This document shows, piece by piece, positions 49,607 through 58,029 of a stretch of 64,000 nucleotides of DNA. The DNA is taken from contig NZ_JAFMTQ010000001.1 in assembly GCF_026126405.1 (NCBI RefSeq), forward strand, positions 194,610 to 258,609, read 5' to 3'. The stretch is from Aureitalea sp. L0-47 (GTDB taxonomy: Bacteria; Bacteroidota; Bacteroidia; Flavobacteriales; Flavobacteriaceae). The position numbers and the translations under genes are program-made. Each line of letters starts with the position of its first letter. The first letter of the stretch is position 1. The notes under the pieces were generated by a model. That model was not told the DNA's origin, ran no database searches, and worked only from the letters and a program-made list of their open reading frames with translations.

Positions 49607-51135
49607 TGTTAACTGAAAAAGATCTGCAACAATTAAAGGATCACGGAATATCACTTCAAACCATCTATAGACAATTAGAAACCTTCTCCCTGGGTATCCC
49701 TCCTGCTGATATTGTGACCGCCGCCTCCGTAGGCAATGGAATTGAGGTTATTCCTGAAGACAAACATCAAAAACTCATTGACCTTTACGAGGAAAGTAGA
49801 AACACGCTGGATATCGTAAAATTTGTCCCTGCCTCAGGTGCAGCTACCAGAATGTTCCAGTTCCTTCATAATTTCCTGGAGGAATACGATCCTGCAACTG
49901 AAACTCTTAAAGAGTATTTAAATCGTTGTCCTTCTTCAGCGCTGGAAAAATTCATAAAGCACTCGAAAGAATTCGCCTTTATAAACGAAGTGCGAAAAAT
50001 GATTCGTAAAAACTATCCGGAATACAAGAAGAACAGTAAAGGACAGCGAATGTATTGGTTCGTGAAGATGATGCTCGAGCCCGAGGGTTTGAACTTTTCC
50101 AATATGCCTAAGGGTCTTATTCCGTTTCACAAGTATTCGAAATATTATACCACAGCTTTCGAGGAACAATTGTTTGAAGCAGCCCATTATGCATCAGTAC
50201 ATGACGATGCTTATTTGCATTTCACGTTTTCAGAAAAACATGTGCCCTATTTCAAGCAGGCTTTTGAAACGATTCGCAAGCGTGTTGGTAAGAAAACGAA
50301 AACCGATTTCCATATTTCTTATTCCTTTCAGAAAAAAGAAACGGATACCCTGGCTGTAACTGAGGACAATATGCCTTTTCGCGATTCGGAAGGGAAATTG
50401 GTGTTACGACCCTCAGGTCATGGTGCACTACTGGAAAACCTGAACGATGTTGATACCGACATCATCTTCGTCAAGAATATAGACAATGTCGTAGCTGAAG
50501 ATTATTTAGAAGACACCATTTATTACAAAAAACTACTGGCTGGTAAGCTGATCTGGATTCAGAAAAAAGTATTTGCTTATCTCAACATCCTGGAGCAGGA
50601 TGAAGTTGAACATGAAGTTGTAAAGGAGATTCGGTCCTTCCTTTGGAATGAATTGAGCATTAAAGACATTCCTGAAGACCAGGATCGCCTTATGGGTATA
50701 CTCAATAGACCTATTCGAATCTGCGGCGTTGTGAAAAATACCGGTGCACCCGGCGGAGGACCATTCTGGGTGAAGAGCGAAGATGGAAGGGTGAGCCTTC
50801 AAATCGTGGAAAAGTCTCAAATAAATATGGACGATCCCCATATGGAAGCCACAGTGAACGATGCCACACATTTCAACCCGGTAGATATTGTTTGTGGAGT
50901 CCGGGACTATAAAGGCGTGAAATTCGATCTTAAATTATTTAGCGACCCCCGAAGCGGTATTATTTCCATGAAATCTGATGGAGGTACACCGGTGAAGGCG
51001 CTCGAACTTCCCGGCTTGTGGAATGGTGGAATGGCTAACTGGAATACAGCTTTCGTGGAAGTTCCACTCGAGACCTTCAATCCTGTTAAGACAGTTAACG
51101 ACCTGCTCCACAGGGAACATCGTCCTAACGCCTGA
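49606..51135 (+). CDS. DUF4301-like protein with UDPGP-type nucleotidyltransferase-like motifs
   Basis: VPASGAATRMF (compare GGxGTRLG) and RPSGHGALLENL (compare PdGnGG). About 509 aa. The ATG overlaps the kinase gene's stop. Confidence 0.4.
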   Translation: MLTEKDLQQLKDHGISLQTIYRQLETFSLGIPPADIVTAASVGNGIEVIPEDKHQKLIDLYEESRNTLDIVKFVPASGAATRMFQFLHNFLEEYDPATETLKEYLNRCPSSALEKFIKHSKEFAFINEVRKMIRKNYPEYKKNSKGQRMYWFVKMMLEPEGLNFSNMPKGLIPFHKYSKYYTTAFEEQLFEAAHYASVHDDAYLHFTFSEKHVPYFKQAFETIRKRVGKKTKTDFHISYSFQKKETDTLAVTEDNMPFRDSEGKLVLRPSGHGALLENLNDVDTDIIFVKNIDNVVAEDYLEDTIYYKKLLAGKLIWIQKKVFAYLNILEQDEVEHEVVKEIRSFLWNELSIKDIPEDQDRLMGILNRPIRICGVVKNTGAPGGGPFWVKSEDGRVSLQIVEKSQINMDDPHMEATVNDATHFNPVDIVCGVRDYKGVKFDLKLFSDPRSGIISMKSDGGTPVKALELPGLWNGGMANWNTAFVEVPLETFNPVKTVNDLLHREHRPNA

Positions 51136-51539
51136 TGAATCGTGAACAACTTCTGAAAGAACTTTCGTTTTCGGCGGCGCGTAGCAGTGGGCCCGGAGGG
51201 CAACATGTCAATAAAACATCGAGCAAAATTACCGTTCAGTTTCACGTGGATAATTCCCTCGCCCTTTCAGAAGTAGAGAAAACGCGTATCAATGAACGAC
51301 TTGCAAATAGAATAAACACCGAAGGAAACCTGGTTTTGCACTGTGGAGAAACCCGCAGCCAGCATCGAAATAAAGCGCTTGTAATACAACGACTCATAAA
51401 TCTCATCGTTGAAAACCTTCGGGTTCGTAAACCTAGAAAACGATCTAAACCCAGCAGACGCGCAATAGAAAAACGACTGGATAGTAAAAAACGACATGCG
51501 CTCAAAAAATCGCGTCGCAAACCTCCCAACATCGATTAA
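51135..51539 (+). CDS. arfB: Alternative ribosome-rescue factor / peptidyl-tRNA hydrolase ArfB (GGQ protein)
   Basis: SSGPGGQHVNKTSSKI GGQ motif. Basic C-terminal tail. Confidence 0.85.
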   Translation: MNREQLLKELSFSAARSSGPGGQHVNKTSSKITVQFHVDNSLALSEVEKTRINERLANRINTEGNLVLHCGETRSQHRNKALVIQRLINLIVENLRVRKPRKRSKPSRRAIEKRLDSKKRHALKKSRRKPPNID

Positions 51540-51559
51540 TTATTTACCTTTGCGTCACA

Positions 51560-51715
51560 TCTCTAAGGGGTGCTTTTCCAAGTGTTAAGTGAAAAGTGTT
51601 AAGTGTTAAATAGGATTGATTAATTTAAAACTTAGAACTTAAAATTTAATACTGGCTTTGGCTGAGATCATACCCGTTGAACCTGAGCAGGTAATGCTGT
51701 TTAGGGAACGAACCG
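51560..51715 (+). promoter_or_regulatory. TPP (THI-box) riboswitch with long P3 insertion, upstream of a TonB-dependent receptor
   Basis: GGGGTGC ...(~80-nt AT-rich P3 containing gtgttaag repeats)... ggCTGAGAtcatACCCgttgAACCTGAgcaGGTAATGCtgtttAGGGAA. The 3' two-thirds matches the consensus almost base for base. Confidence 0.75.
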
Positions 51716-51826
51716 AAATGGTTCATCAATGCAACCCCTATTGGACATCGTGCTTCGATAGGTTTTTTTATTTCTGAAATTAACACTGAATAAAAACCCC
51801 TTTTATTCGTATAAATATTATTACGA

Positions 51827-54004
51827 ATGAAACTGTTATCATTTTTCTCATTGTTTCTAGCCGGGACCTGCTTACTTTTTGCCCAGGAAACTCCGAAGGA
51901 TACAACCGAAGTTGAAAACCTGGATGCTGTACTTATCCAGGCCATCCGTGTAAAAGAGGATGCGCCCATAACACATTCGAACGTGGATAAAGAAGAAATC
52001 CAGAAACGCAACCTGGGCCAGGATATTCCTATTCTTCTTAACTATCTACCCTCGGTTGTCACTGCCAGTGATGCCGGAGCGGGAGTGGGGTACACTTACA
52101 TCCGTGTAAGAGGAAGCGATGCATCCCGTGTAAACGTAACCCTCAACGGAATTCCTTTCAACGATGCGGAAAGCCAGGGGACCTTCTGGGTAAATCTTCC
52201 GGATTTTGCATCCTCGGTTCAAAGTCTACAGCTCCAAAGGGGAGTAGGTACATCCACTAATGGATCAGGAGCTTTCGGAGCAAGTTTAAATATTCTAACC
52301 GATGCTATTTCTGAAGAAGCATTCGCCGAACTGGCTAATTCTGTTGGGTCTTTCAATACCCGGAAACACACACTGCGGTTCAGTACGGGAATACTTAACG
52401 ATCACTTTGAAGTTTCAGGACGTTTGTCCAACATAGCTTCCGATGGGTACATAGACCGTGCTTCTTCCGATCTGAAGTCGTATTTTCTCCAGGCCGCGTA
52501 TCGCGATTCCAATACCCAGTTGAAACTCCTTGCGTTCGGCGGAAGGGAAGAGACCTACCAGGCGTATTTCGGGATCGATGCAGAAACCCTGGAAAATGAC
52601 AGGACCTTTAATCCCGCAGGGTTGTATACCGATGAGAATGGGAATATTCAATTTTACGACAATGAAGTAGATAATTACGCCCAGGATCACTATCAACTGA
52701 TCTGGAACCAGCGATATAATAACCGCTGGAGTTCTAATGTTTCCCTAAACTATACCTACGGAAGAGGTTACTTTGAGCAATTCAAAGAAGACGGTGATCT
52801 GGAATTCCATGGCATCGGCCCAATCGAGATAGGAGGAGAAACCATTACCAATGCCGATCTTATTCGAAGAAGGTGGCTTGATAACGATTTTTATGCCATC
52901 AATGCGGATGTGCAGTATAAGGAACAAGGGTTTGATATTACAAGTGGTGCTTTCTACAGCTACTACGATGGGGATCACTTCGGAGAGGTGATCTGGTCAC
53001 AATTTGCAGGAAATACAAGAATTCGCGACAGGTACTATTTTGGAGTGGGTGAAAAAAGCGAGTTCACCATCTTTTCAAAGGCGAATATAGAAATCGATGA
53101 TCAGTGGTCGGTGTTCGCAGACTTGCAAGGGAGATTCATCAACTACGATACCTCGGGGAATACAGCGGACCTGATAGATCTGAATTTTTCTGAGAACTAC
53201 AATTTCTTTAACCCCAAAGGAGGGATCTCTTTTGAATTGAATCAGGCCAATCAATTCTATGCTTCCTACGGAAGAGCCAACCGGGAACCACGCCGTAGCG
53301 ATTTTGAACAGGGGATTTTTACGCCGGAAAGTCTGAACGATTATGAATTGGGTTGGAGGTATAATTCGGAAAAGGTACAGGTGAATACCAATGCCTATTT
53401 CATGGATTACAGGGATCAACTCGTGCTAACCGGGGAGATAGACGATGTTGGAGCTGCATTAAGAGCTACGAGCGGAAAGAGTTACCGACTAGGCCTGGAG
53501 GTGGATGCTACTGTAACTCTTTCAGAAAAATTCACACTACGGCCAAACATTGCATTGAGCTCGAATAAGAATGTTGATTTTGTAACGTCAAGGGATGGCC
53601 AGTTCGTAAACCTGGGGAATACCAATATTTCATTCTCACCTGAGATCGTGGGAGGAAGTAGTATTGAATACCGTCCTCTGAAAAACCTGCAAATTGCCTG
53701 GCTCTCTAAATATGTGGGCGAGCAATATATGGGTAATATAGATAGTGATGTTTCAAAGCTTGATGCCTATTTTATCAACGATCTTAACGTAGTGTATGAG
53801 TTGGAGAATGTACGGGTGGCCAAGTCGGTAGTGCTTACGGCTCTGGTAAACAACATTTTCAATGTGGAATATGTAGCAAATGGCTACTTCTTTACTTTTG
53901 ATGATGATTTCAGCAATCCGGGAACAGTAACCACGGTTGAAGGAGCGGGATTTTATCCACAGGCGACGATTAATTTCCTGTTGGGAGCTTCGATATTGTT
54001 CTAG
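51827..54004 (+). CDS. TonB-dependent outer membrane receptor (candidate thiamin/TPP-regulated transporter)
   Basis: Signal peptide, plug domain, 22-strand barrel, C-terminal aromatic F. Lies downstream of the TPP riboswitch. Confidence 0.85.
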   Translation: MKLLSFFSLFLAGTCLLFAQETPKDTTEVENLDAVLIQAIRVKEDAPITHSNVDKEEIQKRNLGQDIPILLNYLPSVVTASDAGAGVGYTYIRVRGSDASRVNVTLNGIPFNDAESQGTFWVNLPDFASSVQSLQLQRGVGTSTNGSGAFGASLNILTDAISEEAFAELANSVGSFNTRKHTLRFSTGILNDHFEVSGRLSNIASDGYIDRASSDLKSYFLQAAYRDSNTQLKLLAFGGREETYQAYFGIDAETLENDRTFNPAGLYTDENGNIQFYDNEVDNYAQDHYQLIWNQRYNNRWSSNVSLNYTYGRGYFEQFKEDGDLEFHGIGPIEIGGETITNADLIRRRWLDNDFYAINADVQYKEQGFDITSGAFYSYYDGDHFGEVIWSQFAGNTRIRDRYYFGVGEKSEFTIFSKANIEIDDQWSVFADLQGRFINYDTSGNTADLIDLNFSENYNFFNPKGGISFELNQANQFYASYGRANREPRRSDFEQGIFTPESLNDYELGWRYNSEKVQVNTNAYFMDYRDQLVLTGEIDDVGAALRATSGKSYRLGLEVDATVTLSEKFTLRPNIALSSNKNVDFVTSRDGQFVNLGNTNISFSPEIVGGSSIEYRPLKNLQIAWLSKYVGEQYMGNIDSDVSKLDAYFINDLNVVYELENVRVAKSVVLTALVNNIFNVEYVANGYFFTFDDDFSNPGTVTTVEGAGFYPQATINFLLGASILF

Positions 54005-54438
54005 TTTGTAACCCGAATTACATCACCTGTTCGAACAACTCGGTATTGTTGTATGGGATAGACGTTGTTCTTGGTCCTGTGTTGGCCGGTAACAACATCA
54101 TACTCATTATCGTCACTCTCACAAGGGCAACTTAGTATGATACCGTTTATCTCCATTCTTGAGCAACTATTAGGGATGTGGTTGGGGTCACTCAATTCCG
54201 AAGCGGTGTACAGATCATTGTTGACATTATGAATCAAGATACCTTTTATTCCCTGTTGGCTTATAACAATGTTATTGCCGGGAAATTTCAAGGGATCGTA
54301 TTGTGGAAGGTTTAGATTTAGGGTTAAATTAACGATCGGGTTGGTTAAATATGGGTTGTTATCCTGAACGCCACCATCGTCACTTTTACAGGAAGCCAGT
54401 AAAACAAGGCTAACAAGAGTTAATATCTTCAATTTCAT
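54001..54438 (-). CDS. Hypothetical lipoprotein with Cys-rich C-terminal region
   Basis: Lipobox LLASCKSDD; CSRME...CPCESDD. Convergent with the receptor gene. Confidence 0.5.
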   Translation of the reverse strand: MKLKILTLVSLVLLASCKSDDGGVQDNNPYLTNPIVNLTLNLNLPQYDPLKFPGNNIVISQQGIKGILIHNVNNDLYTASELSDPNHIPNSCSRMEINGIILSCPCESDDNEYDVVTGQHRTKNNVYPIQQYRVVRTGDVIRVTN

Positions 54439-54560
54439 AGTTGCAAATTTTGAGAGCGGAAAAGTACGAAAAATCGCAAAAAAGTATTTTTTCGTATCTT
54501 TGACGAACAAAATCCCGTCACGTATGGGATTTTTTGTGTTTTAGTTAAAACGATGAAGTT

Positions 54561-55037
54561 ATGAGTAAAGTATCTTATTATACTGCAGAAGGACTAAAAA
54601 AATTAAGAGACGAATTAAATCAGCTCAAAGACATAGAACGTCCCAAGGCTTCCCAGGCTATTGCTGAAGCAAGAGACAAAGGTGATTTGAGTGAAAATGC
54701 CGAATACGACGCTGCGAAAGAAGCGCAGGGTCTTCTTGAAATGCGAATTTCCAAAATGGAGGAAGTGCTTGCAAATGCACGCCTCATTGATGAATCGGCA
54801 CTGGATACATCCAAAGTATTAGTGCATTCAACAGTGAAGATCAAGAACCAAAGTAACGGCATGGAGATGAGTTACAAACTCGTGGCCCAGAGTGAAGCCG
54901 ATCTGAAATCCGGGAAGATTTCCGTAGATTCACCTATCGGTAAGGGATTACTGGGGAAAAAAGTAGGTGATTTTGCCGAAATCCAGGTTCCCAACGGAAC
55001 GATGAAGTTTGAAATTCTTGAAATAAGCAGAGACTAA
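54561..55037 (+). CDS. greA: Transcription elongation factor GreA
   Basis: Coiled-coil N-domain with acidic tip residues (DLSENAEYD) and an FKBP-like C-domain. Confidence 0.9.
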   Translation: MSKVSYYTAEGLKKLRDELNQLKDIERPKASQAIAEARDKGDLSENAEYDAAKEAQGLLEMRISKMEEVLANARLIDESALDTSKVLVHSTVKIKNQSNGMEMSYKLVAQSEADLKSGKISVDSPIGKGLLGKKVGDFAEIQVPNGTMKFEILEISRD

Positions 55038-55426
55038 TGGCAACGATATTCACAAAAATAGTCAATGGAGAAATTCCATGCTACAAAGTGGCAGAGGACG
55101 ATAATTTCCTGGCTTTTCTGGATATCAGCCCCAATACCAAAGGACATACTTTATGCATTCCTAAGGTTGAGGTGAACAAACTTTTCGATCTGGACGAATC
55201 TACCTATGAGGGCCTGATGGGCTTTTGCAGAAAAGTAGCTAAAGCACTCGAAAAAACTGTACCCTGCGATAGGGTAGGGATGGCCGTGATCGGACTCGAA
55301 GTTCCACATGTTCATGTACATCTCATCCCAATAAATACAATGAAGGACATGACCTTTCAGCACAAAACTTCTCTCTCGGCAGAAGAAATGAGTGAATTAG
55401 CGGAGCAAATTCAGCAGAATCTTTAG
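55037..55426 (+). CDS. HIT-family (histidine triad) hydrolase
   Basis: HVHVHLIP histidine triad. Confidence 0.85.
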   Translation: MATIFTKIVNGEIPCYKVAEDDNFLAFLDISPNTKGHTLCIPKVEVNKLFDLDESTYEGLMGFCRKVAKALEKTVPCDRVGMAVIGLEVPHVHVHLIPINTMKDMTFQHKTSLSAEEMSELAEQIQQNL

Positions 55427-55447
55427 TAAGCCTTTGACTTAAAAGAG

Positions 55448-56611
55448 TTACCTCACGATCCGAAGAAGGATCTCCATGGTAGTTCCTTCACCAATAGAAC
55501 TTTTCATTACACGAATCTTACCCTTGTGGTATTCCTCGATAATTCTTCGTACCAGTGATAATCCCAGCCCCCAACCCCTGGTTTTGGTTGTGAATCCGGG
55601 TGTGAATACTTTTTTAAAGTTTCTCTTCTGAATACCACGCCCCGTGTCACTTATCAGGAAGCGCGCATTCTTTGAAGTAGCCTCGATACTAATAGTAATC
55701 TTTCCTTTTCCTTTCATGGCGTCGATAGCATTTTTTACTAGGTTTTCCACGGTCCAGCTGTAAAGTTGAGAGTTAAGATCCACATACACCGGGTGAACAG
55801 GCAAATGCAGTTCGAATTCGATGAGCTTGGAAGTCCTGCTCTTAAGATAATCGAAAGTTTTTCGAGTTTCGGCCACGATATCTGACTTCGAAAGCGTAGG
55901 CACCGATCCTATTTTGGAAAACCGTTCAGTGATGGTCTTCAGGCGGTCTACGTCCTTCTCAATCTCTTCTATATAGCTCGGATTCACATGTTCCTGTTTC
56001 AGGATCTCCGTCCAGCCAACCAATGAAGAAAGTGGAGTGCCGATCTGGTGTGCTGTTTCTTTGGCCATTCCGGCCCACAGTTTATTTTGTTCCGAAGATT
56101 TCGAAGTCTGAAAGAAAAAATACAAGGCCGTAAAGAATAGAAAAATGATCAGAATTAGCGCAATTGGGTAGTACTTCAGTTTATTGATGATGGGGGAATT
56201 ACCGTAGTAGATAGTTTGAAGTAATTCGTCGTTGTAGCGAATAGGGATCGGCTTGTATTCTGTGCTGAATTGCTCTGCCAGCTGCTTTCTGCTCTCCCTG
56301 AGTTTTACCGAATCAATTTCCTTCTCCTCGATATTACGCACATCATAACTGTCTTCCTTGTGACTGTAAACTACCATAGGTGTAGATACATTGCTCTGAA
56401 GTACTTGCAAAACAATGTTGCTGATATCCTCATCGGATTCCAGGTCGGTTTGAGAGAATTCGTTCTGAGCTGCCGCCCAAACTTGCATTTTGCTACGCTC
56501 GTTATCCTTCAACTGGTTGAAGAACGCATAAGTGTTCCACAAGATCAGTGAGATGATAAAGATGGATAAGAAAACGAAGAACCAACGAAGGAGCGCCTTT
56601 TTATTCTGCAT
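55448..56611 (-). CDS. Sensor histidine kinase (2 TM, HisKA, HATPase_c); no cognate response regulator adjacent
   Basis: H-box ETAHQIGTPLSSLVGW. N, G1 (DTGRGI) and G2 boxes. Confidence 0.85.
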   Translation of the reverse strand: MQNKKALLRWFFVFLSIFIISLILWNTYAFFNQLKDNERSKMQVWAAAQNEFSQTDLESDEDISNIVLQVLQSNVSTPMVVYSHKEDSYDVRNIEEKEIDSVKLRESRKQLAEQFSTEYKPIPIRYNDELLQTIYYGNSPIINKLKYYPIALILIIFLFFTALYFFFQTSKSSEQNKLWAGMAKETAHQIGTPLSSLVGWTEILKQEHVNPSYIEEIEKDVDRLKTITERFSKIGSVPTLSKSDIVAETRKTFDYLKSRTSKLIEFELHLPVHPVYVDLNSQLYSWTVENLVKNAIDAMKGKGKITISIEATSKNARFLISDTGRGIQKRNFKKVFTPGFTTKTRGWGLGLSLVRRIIEEYHKGKIRVMKSSIGEGTTMEILLRIVR

Positions 56612-56735
56612 ACATATTCATTTCTTCCCAACCCTCGGTACGGGCTTGAAGTTGGATAAATATAAAGCAAATATGTTAATATTATTCCCACTCCAAATTT
56701 TTAGAAGCCTTTGGGTTTGGGTACCTTTGTGGGCG

Positions 56736-57563
56736 ATGATAACGATAGACCCGAAAGAAATACCTACCCCAAAATTGCACGGGTACCTGTTAGGCTCGGT
56801 TTCACCCAGACCGATATGCTTTGCCAGTACGGTAGATAAAGACGGAAACGTAAACCTTTCGCCCTATAGTTTTTTCAATGTGTTCAGTGCCAATCCACCG
56901 GTAATGATCTTCTCTCCGGCGAGGAGAGTTCGTGACAATACCACTAAACACACGCTGGAAAACGTATTGGAAACCAAAGAGGTAGTTATCAACATCGTTA
57001 GCTACGAAATGGTACAACAGATGTCATTGTCTTCCACCGAATATCCAAAAGGTGTGAACGAATTTGTGAAGGCAGGTTTTACCGAAATTCCTTCGGAAGT
57101 GGTAAAACCACCTCGAGTGAAAGAAGCACCGGTACAGTTCGAGTGTAAGGTAAACGACGTTATTTCGCTAGGAGAGCACGGTGGAGCCGGTAACCTGGTG
57201 ATCTGTGAAGTGGTGAAACTGCACCTGGATGAAACTATCCTTGATGAAAATGGTAGAGTTGATCCATTAAAAATTGACACCGTAGCCCGTATGGGTGGAA
57301 ACTGGTACAGCAGGGCAAAGGCGGGTTTGTTCGAGGTTGAAAAACCATTACGTACCCTAGGTGTAGGTGTAGATGCTTTACCAGAAGCCATACGTTTCAG
57401 TAAAGTGCTCACCGGAAACGATCTTGGAATGTTGGCAAACGTGGAAGAATTACCGGAAGGGATCGGACCTGATGTAAACCCTTCAGAAGAAAAACAAAAA
57501 AATGCACAACAACTGCTGCTGCAAGGTGATGTAGAGGGTGCATGGAATATATTAACACAATAA
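56736..57563 (+). CDS. Flavin-reductase-like (FMN-binding split-barrel) domain protein
   Basis: RPICFASTVDKDGNVNLSPYSFFN is typical of Flavin_Reduct. Start chosen at MITIDPKE. Confidence 0.65.
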   Translation: MITIDPKEIPTPKLHGYLLGSVSPRPICFASTVDKDGNVNLSPYSFFNVFSANPPVMIFSPARRVRDNTTKHTLENVLETKEVVINIVSYEMVQQMSLSSTEYPKGVNEFVKAGFTEIPSEVVKPPRVKEAPVQFECKVNDVISLGEHGGAGNLVICEVVKLHLDETILDENGRVDPLKIDTVARMGGNWYSRAKAGLFEVEKPLRTLGVGVDALPEAIRFSKVLTGNDLGMLANVEELPEGIGPDVNPSEEKQKNAQQLLLQGDVEGAWNILTQ

Positions 57564-57577
57564 CTACTTAAACTACA

Positions 57578-57952
57578 ATGGAAGTACAGGGAAAAATCAA
57601 ATTGATAGATGAAACCAAGACCTATGGGAGCAACGGTTTCAGAAAAAGAGAAATGGTGGTCACTACTGAAGAGCAGTACCCACAACATATCATGATCGAG
57701 TTCGTACAGGACAAAACGGAATTGCTTAACAATTTCCAGGTTGGACAAGATGTGAAAGTAAGTATTAACCTTAGAGGGCGCGAATGGGTGAACCCTCAGG
57801 GAGAAACAAAATATTTCAATTCGATACAGGGCTGGAGAATCGAGAACATAGACCAGGCTGTTTCTGGGGATATGCCACCATTACCGCCGGAAGATGCTTT
57901 TGAGCCGGCAAACGACCTTAACGAGGAAGATCACGACGATCTGCCTTTTTAA
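57578..57952 (+). CDS. DUF3127-family OB-fold-like protein with SSB-like acidic C-terminal tail (…EEDHDDLPF)
   Basis: Core FRKREMVVTTEEQYPQHIMIEF...REW... matches my recollection of DUF3127. The C-terminal 30 aa are Pro/acidic-rich and end in DDLPF, as does the ssb product in this window (EDDDLPF). Confidence 0.6.
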   Translation: MEVQGKIKLIDETKTYGSNGFRKREMVVTTEEQYPQHIMIEFVQDKTELLNNFQVGQDVKVSINLRGREWVNPQGETKYFNSIQGWRIENIDQAVSGDMPPLPPEDAFEPANDLNEEDHDDLPF

Positions 57953-58029
57953 GTTTATAATTCGCGATAGGAATCCCACTATTTGCCTTTACAAAAGTTG
58001 AGTAGTGGGATTCTTTATATTTTAGCCCT

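Noticed and set aside
54001-54438. Rieske [2Fe-2S] motif in the Cys-rich lipoprotein
   Set aside because: The first box lacks the His (CSR rather than CxH) and the spacing does not fit CxH-X15-17-CxxH.
57002-57748. 248-aa minus-strand ORF overlapping the flavin-reductase-like gene
   Set aside because: Antisense to a domain-bearing sense ORF. The translation is S/T/P-rich without motifs.
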